Source of the DNA: Candidatus Parcubacteria bacterium
Lineage (GTDB): Bacteria; Patescibacteriota; Microgenomatia; UBA12405
Assembly (NCBI GenBank): GCA_023443725.1
Contig: JAEZTF010000010.1
Location: forward strand, 1-32,000
Length of the DNA stretch: 32,000 bases
Direction of reading: 5' to 3'
Part shown: positions 9,133 through 17,907 of the stretch, one piece after another
Layout: each line of letters begins with the position of its first letter
Numbering within the stretch: the first letter of the stretch is position 1
Program-made: the position numbers and the translations under genes
The notes under the pieces: generated by a model
Told to the model about the DNA's origin: nothing
Seen by the model: the letters and a program-made list of their open reading frames with translations, nothing else
Database searches by the model: none

Positions 9133-11584
9133 TTCTTTGATTTATTTTTTCTTGGTAGAGCTCGATAAGTTTCTTTAGTGGTTCAATTATAGATTTCTCA
9201 TTTTCTATTTTTTCGATTATTTGCCTTTGTGTGTTTATCGAAGGTAAAGCAATTGTCAGCTCGTTTAAGTCCTCAGGATTTACACCAGACTGTCTCACTC
9301 TTCCTGATAATGAAATTATTTTCTTTTGAACGGGGTCTGAAGATAAAAAATAATAAAGCCAATCATTGGTAATTTTATTATTGTCTGGTAAACACTTCAT
9401 TAATGCAACGTTATACGCTCCTGTTTTGCCACGTAAAATTTGAAAAACTGGTGGTCCATATCTTCCAATCATAATATCGGTTTCGCTACAAGTTTTGTGT
9501 CTTGCAGATTTGGGAATATAAACTGCATTTTTGTCTGATTTATAATCTCTAATCTGAAGTAATCGTATATATCCTGTTTTTGGCGTATCGATAAATGTGG
9601 ATTTTGGAGGTTGAGTTCCACCAGCATAGCTACAAACTTCTCCCAATCTTACTTTTTTCCATTTTGGATCATTTTTGAAGATGGGTTTCCAATTCTCAAC
9701 CACTTGTTTTGCCCCGTCGATAATTTTTTGAAATTCGTCAATTTCTTTTACAATTTGTTTTTGAATTTCGATTGGTGGTAACGGTATCTGTTTTTGATAA
9801 GCATCGTTTCTATTTAATCCTGGCACTCCTGATTGGATTTTTAATTTTCCCAATTCAAGTTTTTTCAACATCCAAAAAAGATATTTCAATAAAATTTTTT
9901 CTTCATTTTCTAATTTGATGTAGAACGTTGTGTCTATTGGAAAACCTGATATTTCTGACATTGTAATTTCACCAGCAGACCCTTTTCTTCCAACAATAAT
10001 AAATGGCCCTTCAACAATGTATTGGTTATGAAAACCGATAATTCCAGACGAACCAAATACTGGGTAGTCGCCTGATTTTCTAGAATTTTCTTTTAATGGT
10101 TTTCCATATTCAAAAGTACAAATGTCACCTAATTTAGCTAAAGGATAATTTCCTTGGGTGTAAACGGTATTATCTTGATATTTGTCTCCATTTAATGAGT
10201 AATCTTCTTTTTCTTTTATTTTAGTAATTGGAATTAAATTGGCTTTTGATTTTGGCCCATGATCCAATAATATTGGTTTTAACCCTGGTTCTAATGGTTT
10301 TAATAATAACTCTCTGTAACCATTGATCCAATTTAATGCTTCAGGTAAGTCATTTTTATCTATTGGACGTTTGGTGGCTCCAAGATCGAAACCGTCATTT
10401 TCTACTTTTACAAAAAGGATATCTTTAACTTTGTTTTTGAGAGATTTGTCAAAAAAGAGAATACTAGTTTTAACTCCTGCATAAGGATTAAAAATTCCAC
10501 TAGGTAAAGAAACTACACACCAAAGACCAGCATCTTCAACCAACATTTGGCGAATTTTTTTATGGGCGTTTGTCGAATTAAAAACTACTCCTTCGGGAAC
10601 AATAACACCTGCTCGACCAGATGGTGAAAGATGGTCGATCATGTAACGTAAGAAGAGTAATTCTGTTGATCGAGTTCCCATTCTTAAATCTTCACTGACA
10701 CTGTCGATATCTAAAGCCCCAGCAAAAGGTGGATTGGCTAATATTACATCCCATTTGGTTCTATCCCCTGCGGTATCGACTAAGGTATTCTGTCTTTTCA
10801 TGTTTGGATGCTCGAGTTTATGAAGATAAAGATTCATAAGTCCGAATTTGAACATGTCAAAGTCACTGTCAAATCCAGTAAAGGTGTATTTGTAGACAAA
10901 ATCTCTTTCTTGAGGAGTTAATAAATCCATTGGATATTTATCAATTTTTTTGTACTCGTCTGATGAATATTTTTCTTCAAGATGTTTGAGAGCGGCAACT
11001 AAAAAACCTGCTGTACCACAAGCAGGGTCTAAAATTGTTTCGCCTTTTTTAGGATCGATAACATCGACTATAAATTTGATAATGTGTCGTGGAGTTCGAA
11101 ATGATCCAAGAGTACCAGCTTGAGAAAGTTTGCTTAATAAATATTCGTACATGTCACCAAAAATATCGGTGTGACCAGCGGTAGCTTGTTTTTCCAAATC
11201 AGAAAACATTTTTTCGATCTCATGGACTAATCTTCTTAATGTTGGTTTGTCAAAAACTTTTACATGAGCATCGCGGAAAAGTAATTTTATTGTTTGACTG
11301 GTGGTTATCTCTGGGAGTTTTCGAAAGACTTCTTCAAGGGAGTTAAATAATTCATCAGCATTAAGAATTAAGAGATTGTCCCAGTGATATTTTCTTAATT
11401 CTCCACTAAAAATTTTTTCGGCAGATGGATCAAGGATCATGGCATTATCGTCTTTTCTAGAAAGAGATCTTAAAAAGACAAGATAATTTATTTGTTCAAT
11501 GATGGTGGCATGACTAGCGACTCCAGCACCGAAAAGAATATTCATTAAATTGTCTACTTGGTTTTTGAAATCTGTTTGGGTCAT
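9107..11584 (-). CDS. Type I restriction-modification methyltransferase and specificity subunits fused in one polypeptide (HsdM-HsdS)
   Basis: DPACGTAGFLV and ILANPPFAGA methylase motifs, followed by two consecutive target-recognition units (YPLAKLGDICTF...IPLPPIEIQKQIV and WKKVRLGEVCSY...IALPSINTQRQII). Confidence 0.9.
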   Translation of the reverse strand: MTQTDFKNQVDNLMNILFGAGVASHATIIEQINYLVFLRSLSRKDDNAMILDPSAEKIFSGELRKYHWDNLLILNADELFNSLEEVFRKLPEITTSQTIKLLFRDAHVKVFDKPTLRRLVHEIEKMFSDLEKQATAGHTDIFGDMYEYLLSKLSQAGTLGSFRTPRHIIKFIVDVIDPKKGETILDPACGTAGFLVAALKHLEEKYSSDEYKKIDKYPMDLLTPQERDFVYKYTFTGFDSDFDMFKFGLMNLYLHKLEHPNMKRQNTLVDTAGDRTKWDVILANPPFAGALDIDSVSEDLRMGTRSTELLFLRYMIDHLSPSGRAGVIVPEGVVFNSTNAHKKIRQMLVEDAGLWCVVSLPSGIFNPYAGVKTSILFFDKSLKNKVKDILFVKVENDGFDLGATKRPIDKNDLPEALNWINGYRELLLKPLEPGLKPILLDHGPKSKANLIPITKIKEKEDYSLNGDKYQDNTVYTQGNYPLAKLGDICTFEYGKPLKENSRKSGDYPVFGSSGIIGFHNQYIVEGPFIIVGRKGSAGEITMSEISGFPIDTTFYIKLENEEKILLKYLFWMLKKLELGKLKIQSGVPGLNRNDAYQKQIPLPPIEIQKQIVKEIDEFQKIIDGAKQVVENWKPIFKNDPKWKKVRLGEVCSYAGGTQPPKSTFIDTPKTGYIRLLQIRDYKSDKNAVYIPKSARHKTCSETDIMIGRYGPPVFQILRGKTGAYNVALMKCLPDNNKITNDWLYYFLSSDPVQKKIISLSGRVRQSGVNPEDLNELTIALPSINTQRQIIEKIENEKSIIEPLKKLIELYQEKINQRIEEVWGEQ

Positions 11585-13959
11585 AGGTTGAGAATTCGAC
11601 TATCTTTAACTTCCAAAACCATATTAATTAAATTATCTCTTCCAAAGATATTAACCCATTCATCTGGGGTAAAAGTATTGAAAGGACTAGTATTCAAAAA
11701 TAAGATATTTGGTGATTTTTTGATTTCGTTTCTTAATTCTTTATTTTGAATTAATTCATCGATAAGTAATTTGACCATCATGACTTTTTGTTGTGATCCG
11801 CCAGTAGTAGCCTCGCCATATTTTTCGACGATTCCATCTTTCCATTCTTTTAATTGTTGATCTCGATTTGGTAATTCTTTTTTACCAATGGCTGATAAAA
11901 AGAAATCTCTGATAGTGGCGACGACTTGGTGAGATTCGATTAAAGTTTCTTCATTAAAATAAAGTTCTGGTTTGTTGAGCAATTCAGTATTAATGATTTC
12001 TAATAATTCGTCTTGTCTGTTTTCGTCTTCGGCAATTTGTTTGATATCTGGTCGACTCTCGGCAAATTTAATGACTGTTTTTGTCCAATCGCTTTGATAC
12101 ATTTCTCGATCAACTCTGTCGCCATTTGGGCCATAAATAAGCTCATCTCTTCCATTAACAAAATCAAGACGATTAATGATTGGTTTATCTCCATAATCAA
12201 TAATGACTCCAGGACCTTCTCCTATTGGTTGTTCGATGACTCCTGTTTCTCCTGGGGATGGTCTTTCAATTGGTTTGGCTGATTCTTCAGTGACTTTTAG
12301 TGGTGCTGTCCAATCATATGTTTCTTCAAAATACTGACAAACACCGCAGAAATCGAAAATGACAAATTCTTTTTTATCAATTTCTTTACAAAGACGAGTA
12401 CCCCGACCTTTAATTTGTTGGTAAAGAGTTGGTTCAAAAACTGGTCGACAAAGAACAATATTTAGAATCTCTGGAGCATCGAATCCAGTGGTTAACATAT
12501 CAACAGAAACGGCAATTCGAGGTAATTGAATATCAAGATTTCTAAAGTCTTTGGCCAACTCATGAGCACCTTTCACTTGACTGGTAATGGTTTGTGCAAA
12601 ACGGCCATTAAATTCTGGTCTGAGATTATTCAATATTTTTTCGAGAGCTAAAGCATGTCTTTGATTGACGGCAAAAATTATAGTTTTACCAATTTCATTT
12701 GTTGGAGTTTTTAAGGCATATTCTAAAAACTCTTTCATCATTAATTCGTTTCTTTTGGGAATTGAGACTTTCTTTTCGATATCAGTTATTTTGTAATTTT
12801 CATTTTCAAAATCACCTTCACCAGCTAACCCTTGATCGCTTAAGGCTTGTTGAGTAATATCAGAAGTCATTTTGTGAAGTTTGGCAGGGACTAGATATCC
12901 ATCTTTAACTCCGTCTTGAATGTTATATTGATAAGTGGCTTTGCCGTCTTCACATCCGAAATATCGATAAGTACTTCTTTGAATTCTTAACTCAACAGCT
13001 CTTGGATCATCAAGACCCAATTTATTAATATCAATGTTTTTTAGGAAGTCTTTTGGAGTGGCGGTTAAACCAATTCTGGTAGCTCCAACAAAATAATCCA
13101 TTATTCCCCTAGCTTCGGCTGAATAAATACTTCGGTGAGCTTCGTCATGGATAATTAAATCAAAATATCCTGGAGTAAAAACATCTCTTCCGTGAGCGAT
13201 TAATGATTGGATAGTAGCGACGACGATATTGGCTCCAGTTAAATTCTTTTTTGATTCTCCCCAGTAAGTGGCAATAGCTGATAAGTTTCCAAGAAGTTTT
13301 TCAAATGATCCTTTTGTTTGACGAGCTAATTCAATTCGATCGACTACAAATAAAACAGTTTGAGCTTGATTTGTTTTGATAAATTTGGAAATGATAAGAG
13401 CAGATAAAACAGTTTTTCCTGTACCTGTGGCCATCTCCAATAAAAATCCTCTTTTGCCTTGATCGTATTCATTAGCAATGGCATTGAAAGCATCAATTTG
13501 ATAAGGTCGAAGTTTAATATCGGAATTAATATCTGAAAAATAATCGGAGCTTATAGGTTTTTGATTAAGAGGTTCACTAATTTTGGCTGATCTGGTTTGT
13601 CTTTTTCTAACTAAATCGTCTTGAGAAAAGAAAGCTGGAACTGGGGTGGCATCACCACCAGAATTAAAATCCCAAAAATAAATGATATGATCATTGGCTA
13701 AAAAAATATAATCGATATTTCCTTTGTACTGTAAATCGGCATAATCAAAAGATTGTTTCTTGGCTGAATAAGGATCAATATCTGGGGCTTTGGCTTCGAT
13801 TAGAGCTATTGGTTTTCCATGTTTGTCCTTAAGAACGTAGTCGGCCCTACCTGCTACACCATGATCTTCAAAAACAACTTGATTAGTATCAAAAATGTCC
13901 CAACCTACATCTTTAAGATGTTGATCGATAACTGCTCTTGAATAAGCTTCTTTTGGCAT
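11581..13959 (-). CDS. hsdR: Type I restriction endonuclease subunit R, DEAD/DEAH helicase-nuclease
   Basis: GRADYVLKDKHGKPIALIEAKAP nuclease motif, MATGTGKTVLSAL Walker A, IIHDEAHRS, GLTATP, VSVDMLTTGFDAP helicase motifs. Confidence 0.93.
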   Translation of the reverse strand: MPKEAYSRAVIDQHLKDVGWDIFDTNQVVFEDHGVAGRADYVLKDKHGKPIALIEAKAPDIDPYSAKKQSFDYADLQYKGNIDYIFLANDHIIYFWDFNSGGDATPVPAFFSQDDLVRKRQTRSAKISEPLNQKPISSDYFSDINSDIKLRPYQIDAFNAIANEYDQGKRGFLLEMATGTGKTVLSALIISKFIKTNQAQTVLFVVDRIELARQTKGSFEKLLGNLSAIATYWGESKKNLTGANIVVATIQSLIAHGRDVFTPGYFDLIIHDEAHRSIYSAEARGIMDYFVGATRIGLTATPKDFLKNIDINKLGLDDPRAVELRIQRSTYRYFGCEDGKATYQYNIQDGVKDGYLVPAKLHKMTSDITQQALSDQGLAGEGDFENENYKITDIEKKVSIPKRNELMMKEFLEYALKTPTNEIGKTIIFAVNQRHALALEKILNNLRPEFNGRFAQTITSQVKGAHELAKDFRNLDIQLPRIAVSVDMLTTGFDAPEILNIVLCRPVFEPTLYQQIKGRGTRLCKEIDKKEFVIFDFCGVCQYFEETYDWTAPLKVTEESAKPIERPSPGETGVIEQPIGEGPGVIIDYGDKPIINRLDFVNGRDELIYGPNGDRVDREMYQSDWTKTVIKFAESRPDIKQIAEDENRQDELLEIINTELLNKPELYFNEETLIESHQVVATIRDFFLSAIGKKELPNRDQQLKEWKDGIVEKYGEATTGGSQQKVMMVKLLIDELIQNKELRNEIKKSPNILFLNTSPFNTFTPDEWVNIFGRDNLINMVLEVKDSRILNL

Positions 13960-13964
13960 GGTTA

Positions 13965-13970
13965 ATTATA
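13965..13970 (-). promoter_or_regulatory. TATAAT -10-like box 5 nt upstream of the hsdR ATG
   Basis: Plus strand ATTATA 13965-13970, then 5 nt to CAT at 13957-13959. Confidence 0.5.
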
Positions 13971-14013
13971 CCGCCTATCTGATGAGATTCTTAGGCAGTT
14001 GTTTATAATTAAT

Positions 14014-14184
14014 TTATTCAATTTTGGTATCTTCGGACGGTTTTTTGATTGGCTTTGATATTAAGGCAAAAAACTTCAAAAAACTCTCTGCCTCAATTCT
14101 TGCCTTTTCAAAACTAATTTCTCCACATTTTTTCCTGTAGATTTCTTGAAATTCTTTGACGGCTTCATCTGATAGAAATGACAT
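14014..14184 (-). CDS. Small hypothetical protein, 56 aa (below ORF-track cutoff)
   Basis: Manual translation: MSFLSDEAVKEFQEIYRKKCGEISFEKARIEAESFLKFFALISKPIKKPSEDTKIE*. The (A/E)-F-Q-E-I-Y..G..IS...A...A...L.FF pattern resembles a recurrent small protein in CPR genomes (from memory). Confidence 0.7.
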   Translation of the reverse strand: MSFLSDEAVKEFQEIYRKKCGEISFEKARIEAESFLKFFALISKPIKKPSEDTKIE

Positions 14185-14200
14185 ACCCTATTATAGGGTA
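14184..14200. promoter_or_regulatory. Perfect palindrome between divergent small ORFs, likely operator/promoter
   Basis: TACCCTA-TTA-TAGGGTA; contains TATAAT on the minus strand (14190-14195). Confidence 0.55.
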
Positions 14201-14209
14201 AGATTAATT

Positions 14210-14377
14210 ATGGATCTTAAGAAAGCAAGAGAATTACTTGGAGAGGAAAATAACAAATATGATGACGACCAAATTCTTGAATTTATTGATACTGCCAAAC
14301 TCTTGTCTAGTATTGCGATTGATACAATTCAAAAAATGACAAAGAAAGAATTGGAAGAACTTGTGAAGAAAAAATAG
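14210..14377 (+). CDS. Small hypothetical protein, 55 aa (start refined from 14156)
   Basis: MDLKKARELLGEENNKYDDDQILEFIDTAKLLSSIAIDTIQKMTKKELEELVKKK; the longer track start would overlap the divergent ORF and the palindrome. Confidence 0.7.
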   Translation: MDLKKARELLGEENNKYDDDQILEFIDTAKLLSSIAIDTIQKMTKKELEELVKKK

Positions 14378-14450
14378 TAGCTTTGATTTAATTCACAGCT
14401 ATGCCGTACAACTCAAAAACATTTTTTAGTTTGACTAGGTATACTAAAAG

Positions 14451-14470
14451 GTGTTCGAAATTCGGAACAC
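14451..14470. promoter_or_regulatory. Hairpin/near-palindrome directly upstream of the GIY-YIG gene
   Basis: GTGTTCGAA-A-TTCG-G-AACAC: 9-bp stem with one bulged G, 10 nt before the ATG at 14480. Confidence 0.45.
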
Positions 14471-14479
14471 TCAGCTCAC

Positions 14480-14716
14480 ATGTATTATGTGTATGTATTA
14501 AAAAGTCTTAACACAGGGAAATTTTATAAAGGTCAAACTTCTGATCTTAATGACAGATTGTATCGTCATTTTACAGGTCAGTCTATTTCGACAAAATCAC
14601 TTCTGCCACTAGAATTGATTTTCGTCCAAATTTGTAATACCAGAAGTGAAGCAGTTTTATTGGAAAAATATTTAAAATCAGGAATAGGGAGAGAGTTTAT
14701 TAAACATATAGTTTAG
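14480..14716 (+). CDS. GIY-YIG nuclease-family protein
   Basis: MYYVYVLKSLNTGKFYKGQTSDLNDRLYRHFTGQ...EAVLLEKYLKSG. Confidence 0.9.
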   Translation: MYYVYVLKSLNTGKFYKGQTSDLNDRLYRHFTGQSISTKSLLPLELIFVQICNTRSEAVLLEKYLKSGIGREFIKHIV

Positions 14717-14786
14717 GACATCCGCCTTTGGCGGATAATCGTGGGTTTCCACCACAGCGGATAAATTTTTTCCACTGGAGTCACAT

Positions 14787-15443
14787 TTATTTTTTAAGAG
14801 AGACGATTTGTTTTATTAATCTGATTTGATGACGAAGAACGATTAGAATAGACCCAAATAAAACTGGTAGAAATAATTTTGGTTCTATAAGAGAAATAAT
14901 TGGTATAGCGATAAGTTCACCAATTAAACGACCGATGATTTGATCGGAAATTGATTGAAAAATAATTTTTGAAGTAATCTGTTGATGATTGAATATTCGA
15001 AAAATAATTTCTGTAATTAGAGATGAAAGAAAAATAATTAATAGCCAATATAAAAAAATAGAAAAACGAAAATACATTAATATTCCCATAAAACAAGCAG
15101 CTCCCCTACCGCCTTTACCTTTTAACCAAATTGGATAATTGTGTCCTAAAATAACAAATAAGGTGGAAAGAGAAGTTGTGATTGTAAAATTTAAATTAAA
15201 TTTAAGTGATAAATAAATGGCAGTAGCGGCTTTAAAACAATCAAACAACCAAACAAAAAGAAAACTGAGAATAGCCACAAATAGACCTTTTTCTTTTTTA
15301 GTAATTCGAAGAGTATTCATGGCTCCCATATTTCCAGAATCGCTAGATCGAACATCTTTTTTGGTAACAATTTTTACTAAAATAAGAGCTGTTGGAATGG
15401 AGCCTAAAAGATAAGAAATAAAACAAATTAATATATAGTTCAT
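14787..15443 (-). CDS. plsY: Glycerol-3-phosphate acyltransferase PlsY, divergent paralogue
   Basis: LLGSIPTALI, SDSGNMGAMNTLR, LGHNYPIWLKGKGGRGAACF; motifs altered relative to canonical GSGNIGATN / FKGGKGV. Confidence 0.8.
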   Translation of the reverse strand: MNYILICFISYLLGSIPTALILVKIVTKKDVRSSDSGNMGAMNTLRITKKEKGLFVAILSFLFVWLFDCFKAATAIYLSLKFNLNFTITTSLSTLFVILGHNYPIWLKGKGGRGAACFMGILMYFRFSIFLYWLLIIFLSSLITEIIFRIFNHQQITSKIIFQSISDQIIGRLIGELIAIPIISLIEPKLFLPVLFGSILIVLRHQIRLIKQIVSLKK

Positions 15444-17242
15444 ATGTTTTGAAGTAAAACTCCAATTGAAATTGAATCTGGACCTCCGTGAATTCCTAAA
15501 ACTGGAGATAATAATGAGCTATGGATAATTTCAAATTTTTTGGGATCAAGTTTTTGAATAAGTTGTCTGATAACTTTATCATCACAACTGTGTTGAATAA
15601 TTACCTTTAATGGTAAATTATTAATATTATTTTTTTTAGCTATCTGATTTAAGTATTTATTAATTAAAAAAGAAACACTTTTATGGCCAAAATAGATTCT
15701 CATAATACCGATACTTTTGGGGGTTAAATATAGTGTTGGTCGAAAATTAAATTTTTGAGCAAAGTTAACTATTTTAGCTTTGTTTCCAGCCACTCTACCA
15801 CCTTTGACAGCCCACGATATTTTGTCTGGGATGACAAAAACTTTAAGATGATTACTAACACTAAAAAGTGTTTTTTCAATTTGTTGAGATGAATAACCTT
15901 GTTTAATCAACTCAACAGCTTTGATAGTTAAAAAACCTTGTCCTGGACCAACTTGTCGGAAATCTGGAATAATAACTCGATTTTGATCTGAAGTAGGTAA
16001 AAAAGACCTAGCCTGAAGTGAACTATTGTATGAACCAGAAATAGCAGATGAGGCAGTGATACACATAACAATATTGTATTTTTGAAGTTGTTCTTTAAAA
16101 GCATTTAAAAAAGCTTGAGGTGATGGTTGTGAAGTTTTGGGCCAGCCATATTTTTCAGTTTGATTTTCAAAAAGTTTCATTTTTTGATAAATAGAAATTT
16201 TTGGATCACTTATTTTTTGATCAACTTTTTCCCATTTAGCTTTGAATTGAACTACAGAAATATCGTTTTCTAAAGTAAAGTCAGGATCTAGACTAGCGGT
16301 ACTATCGACAACTAAACCAGTTGATTGTCTGTGATCATTATTACCTTCGACTTGTTGGGTCATATCAGTAGTTTTAATATTGATGACTGTACCGTATTGA
16401 GAAATTAAATTAACTACTTCATCAGGTAAATCTGTATGGATATGAATTTTAACTTTTTGATTAGCCTGAACAATATCGAGACAATTACCGTAATTAATTA
16501 ATTGATCGATAATTTTTTCTTTAGTTATTTTTGGTGATTGGATTAAAGAAATAACTTCATAACGATGATCAATTATCTGTAGAAAACTAGTGGTTTTTTG
16601 GGATATTTTTTGGGGAATATTAAAATGATATTTTTTACCATTTAATCCATCAAGAAAACCTTCTAACATCAAAAGAAAACCATAACCACCAGCATCAACA
16701 GTATTAGTTTTTTGATATAAATCCATTTTTAATTGAGTAGCATCTAGGGAAATTTTGGCTTTTTTAATAGCTTCTTGAAGGTTTTGTTGAAAGCTGTTTT
16801 TAGTAGAATTGGAAAAACTATCATTACTTGCTTGAATAACATCTAGAATAGTTCCTTCTTTTGGGTTTTGAATTGATTCATAAGCAGATATCATGCCTTG
16901 AGAAAAAGCTTGGTTAAAATCGGAAATGGAAATATTGTTATTAGACAGGTTTGATAAAAAACCATTTAAAAAACCAGTGACAATAATACCGACATTTCCA
17001 GATGCATTACAAATGGCTCCATCAACGGCCGTGTCTCGAAGTTGAGTTATATTTGAAAATTTTTTTTGATCAATAGCGTCGTAAACTCCTTGTAAAGTGG
17101 CGGTTAAATTATCTCCTGTATCTTTATCTGGTACAGGAAACATATTAATTGAATTTATTTGTTCTTTCTTGGAAATAACTTTTTGATAAGCTGAAATTAG
17201 CATTCGACGAAGAGTTTCCGGAGTAAGAAATTGAGACTTCAT
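15440..17242 (-). CDS. DAK2 (DhaL/FakA-like) domain fused to DegV (FakB-like) domain
   Basis: NMFPVPDKDTGDNLTATLQG and NASGNVGII (DAK2 phosphatase/kinase type), then STGLVVDSTASLDPDF...VVQF...KTSQPSP...ITASSAISGSYNSS (DegV). Confidence 0.88.
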   Translation of the reverse strand: MKSQFLTPETLRRMLISAYQKVISKKEQINSINMFPVPDKDTGDNLTATLQGVYDAIDQKKFSNITQLRDTAVDGAICNASGNVGIIVTGFLNGFLSNLSNNNISISDFNQAFSQGMISAYESIQNPKEGTILDVIQASNDSFSNSTKNSFQQNLQEAIKKAKISLDATQLKMDLYQKTNTVDAGGYGFLLMLEGFLDGLNGKKYHFNIPQKISQKTTSFLQIIDHRYEVISLIQSPKITKEKIIDQLINYGNCLDIVQANQKVKIHIHTDLPDEVVNLISQYGTVINIKTTDMTQQVEGNNDHRQSTGLVVDSTASLDPDFTLENDISVVQFKAKWEKVDQKISDPKISIYQKMKLFENQTEKYGWPKTSQPSPQAFLNAFKEQLQKYNIVMCITASSAISGSYNSSLQARSFLPTSDQNRVIIPDFRQVGPGQGFLTIKAVELIKQGYSSQQIEKTLFSVSNHLKVFVIPDKISWAVKGGRVAGNKAKIVNFAQKFNFRPTLYLTPKSIGIMRIYFGHKSVSFLINKYLNQIAKKNNINNLPLKVIIQHSCDDKVIRQLIQKLDPKKFEIIHSSLLSPVLGIHGGPDSISIGVLLQNI

Positions 17243-17247
17243 TATGG

Positions 17248-17907
17248 TTAGAAAAATTTAGAGATAGAGTCTTGAAATTCTTTAAGTAATTTTGCCATTG
17301 GTTTTTTGGCAGCTAGTCCAACTGAAATACCAATAGCTAAACTGATAGCCAGAGCAAAACCAATAAAAATAATGATGATTAATTGAGGAACAATTTGTAA
17401 TTGAAAAAGAATAGCTAAAAATGTAAGAACTCTGATAGACCAATCAATTATCTTGGCTAAAAATCTTGAATAAGTGATTTCTTTTGAAGTTTTAGTACCA
17501 ACAACAATTTTTTGAATAAAGTCGATACTATAAATAGAAATTATAAAAATAATAATAGAAATAAAAATATTTGGGTAATAAAGAATAATCTTTGTTAAAA
17601 GATTGGATAAAGCAAAAAGACTAACGGCTTCACAAAAAAACATAGCAAAAAGAGTAATAAAAAAAAGTTGAACCACAATGGCGATTAACTTTCCAACATC
17701 AATATTTGGTTCAAATTTTTTGACTGTTCCGCTTAATCCAACTCGACTAATAGCACTATCAAAGTGAATATTTTTTAGAAATTCAAGACAAATTTTTTTG
17801 ACCCAAAAAGCAACTAGCACACCTGCTAAAAAAAGAATGAAAGCACGAATTAAATCTATTTGAGTAGTATTAGTAAGATTAAGAATATTTAAAAGAAACC
17901 AATTCAT
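17248..17907 (-). CDS. Integral membrane protein with mechanosensitive-channel-like TM helices
   Basis: Five or so TM segments including IIFIGFALAISLAIGISVGLAAKKPMAKLLKEF. Confidence 0.5.
   Translation of the reverse strand: MNWFLLNILNLTNTTQIDLIRAFILFLAGVLVAFWVKKICLEFLKNIHFDSAISRVGLSGTVKKFEPNIDVGKLIAIVVQLFFITLFAMFFCEAVSLFALSNLLTKIILYYPNIFISIIIFIISIYSIDFIQKIVVGTKTSKEITYSRFLAKIIDWSIRVLTFLAILFQLQIVPQLIIIIFIGFALAISLAIGISVGLAAKKPMAKLLKEFQDSISKFF

Noticed and set aside
5249-13959. BREX, DISARM or Wadjet system
   Set aside because: No PglZ, BrxL/DrmA-type or JetABCD-like proteins; the methylase, S and R proteins are clearly type I RM.
14184-14200. Palindrome as an intrinsic terminator
   Set aside because: Resembles the CCCCTA/TAGGGG hairpins but sits between divergent start codons, has no T-run on either side, and contains a -10-like box.
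14156-14377. Long start of the 73-aa ORF
   Set aside because: Would run through the palindrome and overlap the divergent 56-aa ORF; the protein-like part starts at MDLKKARELL (14210).
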